From the NCBI GenBank assembly GCA_016720655.1, contig JADKKE010000033.1:177923-241922 (forward strand): 64,000 bases of DNA, in the 5' to 3' direction. This document shows, one piece after another, positions 33,101-43,867 of the stretch. The stretch comes from Bacteroidota bacterium. GTDB lineage: Bacteria; Bacteroidota; Bacteroidia; AKYH767-A; 2013-40CM-41-45. The translations under genes and the position numbers were made by a program. Positions within the stretch are counted from its first letter, which is position 1, and each line of letters starts with the position of its first letter. The notes under the pieces were generated by a model. It did not search any database and was not told the origin of the DNA. It saw only the letters and a program-made list of their open reading frames with translations.

Positions 33101-35848
33101 CGGAGCAGAACTCAGTTGCATCGTTCCATAAATTGCACAATCCTGCACAATCATGGTATCATCAGTCAAAGAGTTATTGTAGACCGAGCCGTTGGTTAAC
33201 TTAGCATTATAGATTTTCCATCCACTCTGCAACACCACATCACCTGTGATACTGAATTTTTCTCCATTTACTGCAGTGTTGAATACCAGAAAACCAAGGC
33301 CCGGATCTCCGGAGCTAATGGTTTCAGGATAAGATAAACCGCCTGCGCGCGGATAAACTAAAATTGTATCTCCTGAAACGGAAGCAGTGATGGCATCTCC
33401 GATTGTTGTGAATGCACCATTCAATCCGTTTTCTTCAACGTAGTGAGTTGTGGGTGGTACAAGTGGCAAAGCTTCTCCTATTTCTACATCTCCGGACGAT
33501 TGAATTCCGGAAATGGAAATGGAAAGATTGTCTGTGCTATTCACAGTTAATGGAAGCCAATTCGGGTTGTTATAAATAGCAGCAGAAAAATTAAAGGGGT
33601 CTGCTATTCCATCCAAATCACCTGGAGCCCAATTTAAAAACGCTTCTGCTGTGCTAAAATTTGTGCCCACATCAGTAATCGTCCAATGACGGTTCACACT
33701 TTTGGTTGCATCAATCCCGGAAGTCGCTACAGCCGGGTGATCACCTGCATCAGTTCTGACCAAAATATACCCCGGAGTTGAAATGGTTGGATTCAAATCA
33801 ACCTGAAGATATTGAGTCTGGTCACCAACGAAAAATGGCAGTGTTCCGGAATTTGCGAAATAACGTTGCAAATTTCCATCGATATAACTCGTGCCGGAAG
33901 CTCCTAATACAGCCGTGGTTTCACCAATTAGAAAACTATTATTTCCTGTATGGATAACTCCGTTGTCAAACAATAAGTTTGCAGTAATAGTCTGATTGCC
34001 TGTTAATGTAATTCCACTCGGGTTGAAAATATGCAGATTCGTAATTTCGCCATTGCCACCAATTATTTGTGCGGAAGTTCCGGACATATCAAAAGCATCG
34101 AAGGCAATCGTTCCGTTGTTCACGATGCTGTCGCCGGTAAAAGTCCACTCGTTCCCTGTTAAAGCAGCGCCGGGTTCAATTTGATAATAGCCAGGGTTTA
34201 CGCCATTGCTTCCATCAATTTGAATCGTTCCCTGATCAATAATGACTGTTCCATAGTTATTAAAAGTGAAACCGGAAAAGAAAATGGATACACCGGTTCC
34301 GCTATTTTCAAGGATTGAACCTGCCAGATTGTTAAAGATTCCATCAGAAGTTGTAGAGCGTATGTCTCCATCATTATCAATATTAAAAGTACCATGGTTA
34401 TTAAAAACTGAACCATCCAGAATTCTCAACTCTCCGGAATCACTCCAGCTACAGGTTGTGTAATTGTGAAAAACACAACCTGATTCCAGGAATGCAGGCG
34501 AAGAAATGTTGAATCCATTTAGCGCTCTTACATTGTATGTGCCGGTACCACCGACATGTGAATCGCCTCCCCATGAAAAATCGCCATCTGTAGGTATTTC
34601 AACTACACCATCATTGACAATTGTTCCGGTGTTTAAATTCAGTGCTCCAAAACATACAAGATCATCACCAGCACTGTCGAGCACTGTGAGCGTGCCTTCT
34701 GAAATAAAAAGGGCTCCGCCATTTTGTATCACGATCTGATCTCCGGAAATGTTTTGTGAGTTATTTGAAATATTATAACCGTTTCGAATTGTAATCACTC
34801 CACTGTTCGTGCCATCAGGAGCGAAACTTGCAGGGATCCATGAAGTGCCATCAAAAACTTCCCAGGCAAGCGGGTTGTTCCATCCAAATAATCCTGCAAC
34901 AGATCGGTAGTCACCTGTTTCTGCGGGCGAGTATTCCCAAAAATCTGTTAGGAAAATTGATCCATCGCTTCCCGTTCCCAGAAATCCTTTACTGGCGATT
35001 GAAAAACCAGGGGCTCCGGTTCTTCCGACAGCTGGAAAATCTGAAATTGCCAGCCAACTGTTAGAGCCAGGATCATAACTATAAAAATCACTTGGATAAT
35101 TAGGAATCAAATCTTGCCCCAATCCAACATATGCTAAACCATTCACCGCAAAGCCGGAAGCATCGTATCTTGCCTGCCCGGGAAATGAAGCTTTCGCTGT
35201 CCATGTATTGATTGAAGGATCGTATTCGTAGAAATCATTTAGAGCACTTGCATTTAAACCAGTGCCTACATAGCCTTTTGATCCAATTGCAATTCCTACG
35301 GCCAGAGTACGCGGTCCGCCGGGTAATGAGGCAATGGAAGTCCATGAATCAAGAATGGGATCGTATTCCTCAAAATCATCAAATGTTCCGCCTGAACCGA
35401 TATTGAAGCCGGTTCCAACATATCCTTTGCCATTCACTGAAAAAGCGACAGCTTGGTTCTGGCAACAGAAAGCATGTTTGCTTTCTGTACCCATGTGTTG
35501 TTGGAAGGATCGTATTCATACAAATCGTTGTGGTTTATTATTCCATCCGATCCAGTACCTACATATCCTTTTGCCCCAATTGAAAATGCCGCCGCATTGA
35601 TTCGTGGATTACCGCCAAAATCAGCCAGCTGGGTCCAGGTATTTATTGTAGGATCGAATTTCCACCAATCCTTTTCTATGCTTCCTGTTTGACCTAAACC
35701 CATATACCCATTGCTTCCAATGTTGATGGCCACACCTCCGATCGACCTGCTCCCGCAAATCAGATTTTCGCTCCCAGGAATCAGATTGCGCTTGATTGTT
35801 TAAATAGAAGAATAACAAGGATAATGTAGTGAATACCAGTTTTTTCAT
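24198..35848 (-). CDS. Giant T9SS-secreted multidomain protein, paralogue of gene 1 (about 3,880 aa), split by three or more frameshifts
   Basis: The start codon at 35848 opens with MKKLVFTTLSLLFFYLNNQAQ. Frameshifts lie near 35780, near 35470 (a T5 run that should be T6; this restores ARTKLSLFSVNGKGYVGTG) and near 32700 (an aaa/aaaa run; the piece 24198..32741 has no ATG). The domains are Kelch-like repeats (YVGTG...YEYDP.NTW), two beta-helix modules and a YYLDGDGDGYGD MopE-like motif. Further on are SprB repeats, the S8 peptidase, the NPRVITN block, an MBG-like domain, more SprB and PKD-like repeats and a T9SS CTD (YPNPTKGILTVSF...). Confidence 0.75.
26903..27215 (-). repeat. NPRVITN heptapeptide repeat block in giant gene 2
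   Basis: The protein sequence is identical to the block in gene 1. The DNA is about 90 % identical. Confidence 0.8.
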
Positions 35849-36092
35849 TGAAGACGTGCTTGAAAGTGTTAAGATGCAATCGTGTTGATGGATATTTTTG
35901 GACGATTATATTTATGCTTTATTTGTTTGAATTGATCAGGGCATCAAAAATTGAATATATTCATATACATGAATAGTTAGTCCATTATCACCAACCAGAT
36001 TGGAATCAGGTAAGTGACAAAAAACAAATTGATAATAGAAAAGCCAGAGAAACGTGCGTTTTATAGGCTTTCAAGATAGTCTTTAAATTTTA

Positions 36093-36113
36093 ATAGTCAA
36101 GGCATTAGGGCCA
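36093..36113. promoter_or_regulatory. Conserved upstream island 1 of giant gene 2
   Basis: It matches 23637..23657. Confidence 0.35.
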
Positions 36114-36374
36114 TTTTAGGTAAAATTTTATGTTTATTTAATATGTGTTCATTGGGTTCAGAATGGGTGGGTTGGTATATCGCTAAGAATTCTTGGTAAA
36201 TGATACTCTGGTATTTTTCATACGATTTGGTAAGGTGGTGAAAGGATCCGTTTACCCTCAATCTCAGTAAACCGATTACCGAAAGAGCCGGATAAAACAA
36301 TGCCTTTCACAACCTAAGCAGAATTTTGCTTCAGTGTATTTTTAAAGACTGCTGGTCTCAGAAACAAAAATAAC

Positions 36375-36490
36375 CTCTTAAAAATTAAAACCTAATTGGT
36401 TTTTGAGCACTTATCTTGTAAAAGAGCCACTGATAGGCCGATAGCGTACACTTATCACTCTCTGAGTGCCAATTGAAAAATAAATTAATT
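36375..36490. promoter_or_regulatory. Conserved upstream island 2 of giant gene 2
   Basis: It matches 23930..24045. Confidence 0.4.
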
Positions 36491-36575
36491 TTGGAATTTG
36501 GTCAGGCCGAACTCGTAATTCTATTCTTTATTTGGAATGTAAGGTCAAAAAACCATGCTCCTGTCTTTTAAGAAA

Positions 36576-38072
36576 TCAATTGTAGCCCTCAATCTGAAAA
36601 GCAATTACGTTTTTATTGGAAAATAGAATTTTGGTTGTGTAATTTTTTTCGATCTCCTGAAAAACCTCTTGTTGATGGGCGATGATCCTGTCTCCAGGCA
36701 ACAATTCAACTGCTTTTTTAAAACTGAAATGAACGCCTTTGTCATTCAATAATCGAATGTAAAACAAGAGATGTGTTGGAAATCCATCGTGAACCAGATA
36801 AAAATTATCCAGATTGTATTTTCCCTTCATTGCCGATTGTAAGAAATGGCTGATCTCATACTTTTGTGAATCCCATGTTTCCTCATTGGTTTTCAGAGTA
36901 CGTTTCAATGAAGTTCTTAGAGGTTCATAAAAAATGAACATAATCACAAGGACACAAATTATTCTAATGATCCCGCTGTTATTATGTTTTTTAAAATTGC
37001 GATAGAAACCATAAATAAAATTCAAGCCAAGTGAAATCAAAATTGAAAAGAAGGGGAATAATGGAATATCATACCAATAGCATTTCGTTTGTGAAAAGGA
37101 AATTATCAGGAGAAAACTAAACACAAGAAGTGTCGCAAAGAAGGTCAGATCAGACAATGGTGAATTTTTTTTATCCAAAAACCCAATTAAAATTCCAAAT
37201 GGAATCAACAAATACCAGAACCTAAGCCGGTCATGAATTAAATTTGAGATATAATACAAAAAATCACCGGAATGATTTTCAATTGTATTGAGAAATCGAC
37301 CACCAAGCTCATTCGAAAATACTGCATCGAAATATCCGGGATTTATTTTTTCACGGAGCAAATAATATCCAAGAGCGATAAACAGAAATGTAATCGAGCC
37401 AACATAAAATTCTCTTAGATGAAAAAGCGCAAGTAATTTTTTTTTAAAAATGGTATAAATGAACAAGGCAGGAAGAAATAGCAATCCTGAAACTCCTTTT
37501 GTCAACACAGAAAGGGATAAGAATAAGAAAAACAAAAGGAGAAATCCGGAATTGTTTTTATTAATATGCAAATAATAACTCAAACATGCTGCTGTTGTGA
37601 ACAACGTAAGTAATGCATCGTAATCCCCTGTTCTCGTACCATGAAAATTCATATATCCGGTGAGCGTCACCAAAACAAGAGCAGAAAAAACGCCAAGGAT
37701 TTTATTTTTTAAATATTCGTAACAAAATATAAAAACGAGAATGCAGGTTAGAAGACCCGCAAAAGCAGAAGGAAAGCGAATAGCAAATTCTCCGGGGCCG
37801 AACAGATAAATACACAGGACCTGGCACCAGATCATCAATGGCGGTTTTGTATTCCATAAATCAGGGATCCCTTCATAATGCGTAACCATGAATTGATGAT
37901 CCTTAGCCATTTCCAATGCATTAATGGAATTTCGGGCTTCATCATATTCCCGGACAGGCAACGAAGATAAATTTCCGAAGAGCAAAAAAGCGATACTGCC
38001 AAAGAGCAATAAAATCCATAGTATGGATGATTTGTTTTTTAGAAAAGAACGGAATAAAGGAATAGTATTCAT
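36576..38072 (-). CDS. Glycosyltransferase family 39 (ArnT/PMT-like, GT-C fold) integral membrane protein
   Basis: The 498-aa ORF has about 11 TM segments. The N-terminal loop motif is YDEARNSINALEMAK. Confidence 0.65.
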   Translation of the reverse strand: MNTIPLFRSFLKNKSSILWILLLFGSIAFLLFGNLSSLPVREYDEARNSINALEMAKDHQFMVTHYEGIPDLWNTKPPLMIWCQVLCIYLFGPGEFAIRFPSAFAGLLTCILVFIFCYEYLKNKILGVFSALVLVTLTGYMNFHGTRTGDYDALLTLFTTAACLSYYLHINKNNSGFLLLFFLFLSLSVLTKGVSGLLFLPALFIYTIFKKKLLALFHLREFYVGSITFLFIALGYYLLREKINPGYFDAVFSNELGGRFLNTIENHSGDFLYYISNLIHDRLRFWYLLIPFGILIGFLDKKNSPLSDLTFFATLLVFSFLLIISFSQTKCYWYDIPLFPFFSILISLGLNFIYGFYRNFKKHNNSGIIRIICVLVIMFIFYEPLRTSLKRTLKTNEETWDSQKYEISHFLQSAMKGKYNLDNFYLVHDGFPTHLLFYIRLLNDKGVHFSFKKAVELLPGDRIIAHQQEVFQEIEKNYTTKILFSNKNVIAFQIEGYN

Positions 38073-38375
38073 CGAATGAATTCAAAGATTAAACCCGCGA
38101 CATCAATTGAAAAAGCAAGATTGGGAATCAAATGTATAATTTATATTGAAGGTTTAAGATGCCCCTCGGTTTAGCTTTGCAATTTCGATGCAATTCAAAC
38201 TGAATAGTGCCGTTGAAATGAGAAGCCAGAGCGAAGTTGGCTCCTTGTTTAATTGATTTTATTGAGTATTACACTCACCCAATATTTTATAGGTTTCGCC
38301 AATTAATTGAAACATTGTTTAAATGATCTGTCAATATTGACTAGCTTTATTTTTTATCGATAATGATTTTTCAAA

Positions 38376-40343
38376 ATGTGCACAACAAAATACCTCTTCG
38401 TTCTGGCAAAAATGCTTCTGCTCATTGGTTTTTTTTCCTTTGAAATCGCCGCGCAACCAAAAACATTTCTCAAAACATACAATTCAGGAAACTGTGGATT
38501 TTCAGTTCGTGAAGTAAACTCGAATTCGTATGCTGTCGCAGGGGGAACCGGATTGTATTACAACTATCATTTTTTCATGATGTCTCCGATCGTTTCGACA
38601 AACGTTCATTTATTCAAAGCGAACGTGGACGGACTTTTAATGTGGGAGAAAATTTTCAGTGCTCCCGGATCGCGAACGCTTGCTACCTGGATGGAGCTGA
38701 CCCAAGACAGTGGTTTTATCCTAACCGGCCACATGAATCAGGATGTAATTTGGCCTCCGGATAGCAACGATATATTTTTAATGAAAACAGATTCTTCCGG
38801 AACAATTCAATGGTCTAAAAAACTCGATACCGGAAAAGATGAGCTTGCCTATTGTGTTCGACAGACAAACGATGGTGGTTATATAGTTTCCGGTTTTCAT
38901 GACGCACTTCCGGTGAGTCTTGCAGGGGCAACATATGCAATGCTCACCAAAACAGATTCGAACGGAAATGTACTGTGGAATAAAAAATACTCTCTGGCCG
39001 TTCGTGATCTTGATACAGGCGAAGCATTGGTATGGGTTGTGAGACAAACAGCAGACGGAGGTTATGTACTTGTGGGGACCACAGCGGGTTCTCACGCTGC
39101 AGATCTTTATGTGATCCGCACCGATTCAAATGGTGATTTGGTCTGGGCTAAATCCTACGAACACGACAACAGTTCATTGCGTTTTTCGATGGGTCTTGAT
39201 ATTCTTGAAAGTCTGTCTGGAGATTTTGTTATTGCAGGATCTCTTGATAAAGACCAGACACTCACACAATACAATTACCCCTATATTTTAAAAATCAGCA
39301 GCACCGGAACCTTAATAACAGCAAAGTTTTTTGATTCAGTTCCTGTTCAGGTTTTTCAAAGCGGTTTTTCATCGGTCGAACAAACACCCGATGGAGGTTT
39401 TTTCTTTACCGGAATGGGTGGCTATGGTGGGTTTGGCGATCAGGCTCAATTGCTCAAGACCGATGTCGATTTCAATATGCAATGGTCGAGACAGTATTCC
39501 TTTGACGGGATTGCAACAATGGGTTCCAGATCCGGGCGTAGTACGAGCGATGGTTGTTATGTTTTTACCGGAAAACGTCAGTTCGCAGGAACAGCATTGT
39601 TGAAAACAGATCCCTTTGGTCTGGTGCCCTGTAAATCTCCGGGAACATTAGTGGAACTCATTCCATCGATTCTTGAGGTGAACAGATTTCCGTCCTCTCT
39701 TTCCGGAATCAATGCAAGTAATGTTCCGTTTATCACACTCCCCGGCCTGGTGGATACGACAACTGTTTGTCCACTTTCTCTTGCCATCTTACCTGTAGAA
39801 TTGTTGTCATTCACTGCATCCCCCGTGCAGGGAAATCAGGTTGCTGTGGACTGGCAGACAGCTTCTGAAATCAACAATGATTATTTTCTTGTCGAGAAAA
39901 GTGTCGACGGAAATAATTTTACAGGCATAGGCATTGTAAAAGGTTCAGGGAATTCGACGGAAACTCGGAAGTACAGATTACTCGATGAAAATTTAGATCC
40001 GGATCCTATACTTTATTACAGGTTGGAGCAATTCGATTTCGATGGGAACAATCATTTTTCAAAAGTTATTCCTGTCAGAATTTTCAATGAAGACTTGAAG
40101 ATTGTATCAATTCAGAGTGATTGGTATTCTCAAAAACTCACGATAAACATACAATGCAATTCGACTAACAGTCTGTCGACTACGCTTACCGACATGCTCG
40201 GAAGAACGATTTCCTTGAAGTCATATGTTTCCGGAAATGGAATGCACTCAATTTATTTTCCTGTACAAACACTATCAAGAGGTGTATATGTTCTGACTTT
40301 GAGCGATGGACTAACTGTACTGTCCCGCAAATTGATCTGGTAA
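38376..40343 (+). CDS. T9SS-sorted secreted protein with beta-propeller-type repeats
   Basis: There is a signal peptide. Repeated D(G)GYI..G blades follow. The C-terminus ...RGVYVLTLSDGLTVLSRKLIW matches a Por_Secre_tail. Confidence 0.65.
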   Translation: MCTTKYLFVLAKMLLLIGFFSFEIAAQPKTFLKTYNSGNCGFSVREVNSNSYAVAGGTGLYYNYHFFMMSPIVSTNVHLFKANVDGLLMWEKIFSAPGSRTLATWMELTQDSGFILTGHMNQDVIWPPDSNDIFLMKTDSSGTIQWSKKLDTGKDELAYCVRQTNDGGYIVSGFHDALPVSLAGATYAMLTKTDSNGNVLWNKKYSLAVRDLDTGEALVWVVRQTADGGYVLVGTTAGSHAADLYVIRTDSNGDLVWAKSYEHDNSSLRFSMGLDILESLSGDFVIAGSLDKDQTLTQYNYPYILKISSTGTLITAKFFDSVPVQVFQSGFSSVEQTPDGGFFFTGMGGYGGFGDQAQLLKTDVDFNMQWSRQYSFDGIATMGSRSGRSTSDGCYVFTGKRQFAGTALLKTDPFGLVPCKSPGTLVELIPSILEVNRFPSSLSGINASNVPFITLPGLVDTTTVCPLSLAILPVELLSFTASPVQGNQVAVDWQTASEINNDYFLVEKSVDGNNFTGIGIVKGSGNSTETRKYRLLDENLDPDPILYYRLEQFDFDGNNHFSKVIPVRIFNEDLKIVSIQSDWYSQKLTINIQCNSTNSLSTTLTDMLGRTISLKSYVSGNGMHSIYFPVQTLSRGVYVLTLSDGLTVLSRKLIW

Positions 40344-40756
40344 TTTAATTTCGCTTTATTAATTTGCCCCTTACTTCGGTATTTCCGGAATCACATCAAC
40401 CCCTTCCTCTCATTATTTGGTTAACCTTGTCCTTTGAATTTTTTTTTGGTTTAACCTTTTCAGGACAAAGAAAAATACAAATTTCATTTTTATAATTTCG
40501 ATCCACTGGATTATTGTTGGATAAGCTGAAGTGTTTAAGTTTAGCGTTCAATAAGATTCGCTTGAACATTTCAGCATTTCTCAGATGTGTTTTTTTAAAT
40601 TATAGTGTGATTTTCCATTGATTTGTCAGGCGAATCTGTTAACACTGCTCTGTGAAAAAGAACTTGCGAGAGGATGGTACCAGCGTTCTTATTTCCCAAT
40701 CTTTACCAGATTAATCGTCTGACCATTTCACTGGATTCGTTCATCTTGCCAACTGT

Positions 40757-42199
40757 ATGAAAAAGAAGCATTTCATAGTTTTTATTTTTTCTTTATTTTT
40801 TTGTATTCAAAATTTGTTAGCGCAATCTACATTGAATACAATGAGTGACGTGAATAACGTATTTGAAGAAGTTGAATTCAAAGTGATGTTGCAAACCGAT
40901 ATGCAAAAAGCGGAATCCCTGGATCTGCCATCGAAAAAATATTTTATATCAATGAGTAATTACATTGATTTAAATGTGATCGGGAAAGGGAAGTCGCTTG
41001 TTTTGAGTTCTGATAAAATTACAACATTTATTCTTTCGCAATTAGGTACAGTGAATTCCGCTGAGCAACTCGGAGAAAAATTACTGAATGCATACATCAA
41101 CGAAGAATTTTCGGAAACGGAAAAAAAGGCTGGCAACGAGAAAGAGAAACCCAAGGTGTCATTGGGCGGATATTTTGTTACAGAATATGAATACCACCAG
41201 GAGCCCGATGGTGTTTTTCATTCTATGTTGGAAATCAATCAAACCAGGATTTTTGTGGCAGCCGAGATCAATTCTTCGGACCAGAAAAATCGAATTTCAT
41301 TTTTAGGAGAATGGAATCCGATCCCGGAAGAAGTAATTCATCAGGTTGACGAGGTTACCTTTGTTCGCGACTCTGTCGCCTATACAATTAGTAATCCCGG
41401 AGACAATGGAGGAATGATTCACATGGGTTCAGACGAAATGATTCCATTTGAACGCTTGTATGTAAAAGTTGCGAATGTTGCAGGGACAAAAGTAAACGTC
41501 ACAGCAGGCCAATTCAGAAATCCATTTGGTTTCTGGAGTGATTATACATCACACAGAAATTTTACATCTACAAAAGGCAATCAGCTGGTGAATGGTTTTG
41601 CACTTAAAAAGATAGATCTGGGAGTAAAGCTTGATGGAGAATTGAAAGGAGGCTGGGAGTGGGCCGCAGCGATCATGCATGGCAGACTTTCCCGCACATC
41701 TCCACTCAGCAGGGAGGATACTGACGACATGAAAGATTTTTGTGGTCATCTTCGGTACAATGCAAAAAAATTCTCACTCGGAGCATCGGCATATTTGGCT
41801 GAATTCAATACCAAACGCATTGCCCTTGGTCTCGATTACCAGGTAAATTTCAAAAAAATTACTATCAGCGGGGAAACTGTTTATCAACGAAATTCGAATC
41901 CATCAGAAATATTTTCAGGCATTGATGATTTGAAAGAGTTTAAATCACTTTCTTCATACCTTCAGTTTGATCTTGAACTATCACACAAATTTCATTTGTA
42001 TGGCTTGTATGAAATATGGGATTTCCGGGTTGATAATGTACTGGTCGCACCGAATCCGGAAGCCAAACTATTTCATGGAATCAAATATATTTTTAACAAC
42101 AATTTACATTGGATGGTCATCGAATATGGACATATGTTTCATAAAGGATATGACAAAGGCTTTACACACTTCTCAACGTCGGTTGATTTGACATTTTGA
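40757..42199 (+). CDS. Outer-membrane porin-like protein, hypothetical
   Basis: There is a signal peptide. The sequence is rich in beta strands and ends in a C-terminal aromatic (…VDLTF). Confidence 0.45.
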   Translation: MKKKHFIVFIFSLFFCIQNLLAQSTLNTMSDVNNVFEEVEFKVMLQTDMQKAESLDLPSKKYFISMSNYIDLNVIGKGKSLVLSSDKITTFILSQLGTVNSAEQLGEKLLNAYINEEFSETEKKAGNEKEKPKVSLGGYFVTEYEYHQEPDGVFHSMLEINQTRIFVAAEINSSDQKNRISFLGEWNPIPEEVIHQVDEVTFVRDSVAYTISNPGDNGGMIHMGSDEMIPFERLYVKVANVAGTKVNVTAGQFRNPFGFWSDYTSHRNFTSTKGNQLVNGFALKKIDLGVKLDGELKGGWEWAAAIMHGRLSRTSPLSREDTDDMKDFCGHLRYNAKKFSLGASAYLAEFNTKRIALGLDYQVNFKKITISGETVYQRNSNPSEIFSGIDDLKEFKSLSSYLQFDLELSHKFHLYGLYEIWDFRVDNVLVAPNPEAKLFHGIKYIFNNNLHWMVIEYGHMFHKGYDKGFTHFSTSVDLTF

Positions 42200-42212
42200 A
42201 CACGATCCGAAA

Positions 42213-42734
42213 ATGAAGAAATATTTTCGCTTTATTCTACTCTACCTTTTCATCGTCTTACCCGGGGCGAATGCAGGAATTTTGCAAAACAATTATAAGT
42301 TCGAAGCCATTTATATTTATTCTTTTACAAAATACATCAGTTGGCCTTACCATGCCATCGGAAATCAATTTGTTATTGGTGTGTATGGGTATTCTCCAAT
42401 CAGCATGGAATTGTCAACAGCAACTGCGGGGAAACAAGTGGGAAATAAAAATATTGTCGTAAAAGTATTTAATGCATTAGAGGAAATTGAAAATTGTCAG
42501 GTGTTGTTTGTCACTACTGAATTTGAAAATGAAATCCCCGAATTAACTGTACTGGCAAATTCTAAGCACATTCTGATTGTCACTCAGGGCCAACAAATGA
42601 CTCAAAAAGGTGCCGGGATTAATCTGGTGAAAATCGATGGGAAGCAGAAATTTGAACTCAGCGAAACCATTTTAAAAAACGCAGGCCTCAAGATTTCCAA
42701 TCAATTGCTACCGCTTGCAATACTTGTTAAATAG
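42213..42734 (+). CDS. YfiR-like DUF4154 periplasmic protein
   Basis: The 173-aa ORF has a signal peptide. The region …CQVLFVT…ILIVTQ…GAGINL… resembles DUF4154. Confidence 0.5.
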   Translation: MKKYFRFILLYLFIVLPGANAGILQNNYKFEAIYIYSFTKYISWPYHAIGNQFVIGVYGYSPISMELSTATAGKQVGNKNIVVKVFNALEEIENCQVLFVTTEFENEIPELTVLANSKHILIVTQGQQMTQKGAGINLVKIDGKQKFELSETILKNAGLKISNQLLPLAILVK

Positions 42735-42957
42735 TAAGGAAAATGAACAATCCTATTCAAGGTCAATAACATGAATTCATAATTCAGGTTCTGCAGGATC
42801 CCAAAAAACAGAAGAGTTTCGAATTGTTTACATTTAGTTAACCTGATCCTTTAGGTTTAATCAACAGTGTTGTCTAATTTTGAACGCCCGAAACATAAGT
42901 CAAACACTTTGCATTTAAATCGGAGGAATTGGCAGATTGTTAAAATTTCTACCTTAA

Positions 42958-43863
42958 TCAAACCTGAACTCGTACCGCTCCGCAGCTATTGATATTGGTT
43001 CGAATGCCGTGAGACTCTTGCTCTGCAATGTAGTCGAAGAACACGGAATCACACATTTTAAAAAAGGTGAGTTGATCCGGATCCCTTTGAGGCTTGGAGA
43101 GGATGTTTTTAATTCAGGGAAGATTTCTTCTGCAAGAGCAATACGGTTTCAAAAAACGATGCATGCATTTAAATTACTCATCGATGTTTTTGAACCGATC
43201 TCTTTTCGGGCTTGTGCTACAGCTTCCATGAGGGAGGCTTCGAATGGGGAAGAGTTGGTAAGACAAATCCAAAAAGAGTGCGGACTGAAAATTGAAATTA
43301 TTTCCGGAAAAGAAGAAGCTGAATTAATTTACTCAAATCATATAGAAGAAGAGCTCGATCACGATCGTTCCTATTTGTATATTGATGTTGGAGGCGGGAG
43401 TACAGAATTGACATTATTCGATCGTGGCGTTTGTATCGTTTCCCAGTCTTTCAATATCGGAACCTTACGTTGGTTACAAGGGAAGAGTACAAAAGAGCAA
43501 TGGGAAGAATTTAAGGCCTGGGTAAAGAAAATTTCCGAAAACCATGGCCCTTTAATCGCCATTGGATCCGGTGGGAATATTAATAAAATTTTTAAAATGC
43601 TCGGAAGGAAAGACAAGCCACTTCCATTTCCTGTACTTAAAGAGTTGTACGATGAAATGAAAATTCATTCAGTAGAAGAAAGAATGGAAATCTGGGGCCT
43701 CAATCCGGATAGAGCTGACGTTATCGTACCGGCAGCGAAAATATTTTTAGGCGTTATGAAAGCGGCACAAATTGAAGAAATTATTGTCCCACAGATTGGG
43801 CTGGCAGACGGAATCATTCATCAACTTCATGAGCAGAATTCACGTCTTGTGCAATTGAAATAA
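42958..43863 (+). CDS. ppx: Ppx/GppA-family exopolyphosphatase/guanosine pentaphosphate phosphohydrolase
   Basis: The N-terminus carries the ATPase motif ...YRSAAIDIGSNAVRLLL. The ORF is open back to a stop at 42955 but has no in-frame ATG. The ORF track used a GTG at 43009, so the start is uncertain. Confidence 0.7.
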   Translation, partial: SNLNSYRSAAIDIGSNAVRLLLCNVVEEHGITHFKKGELIRIPLRLGEDVFNSGKISSARAIRFQKTMHAFKLLIDVFEPISFRACATASMREASNGEELVRQIQKECGLKIEIISGKEEAELIYSNHIEEELDHDRSYLYIDVGGGSTELTLFDRGVCIVSQSFNIGTLRWLQGKSTKEQWEEFKAWVKKISENHGPLIAIGSGGNINKIFKMLGRKDKPLPFPVLKELYDEMKIHSVEERMEIWGLNPDRADVIVPAAKIFLGVMKAAQIEEIIVPQIGLADGIIHQLHEQNSRLVQLK

Positions 43864-43867
43864 CTTC

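Noticed and set aside
36097-36300. A 67-aa minus-strand ORF in the upstream region of giant gene 2
   Set aside because: It has no RBS or promoter context and is low complexity. It lies inside a diverged non-coding region.
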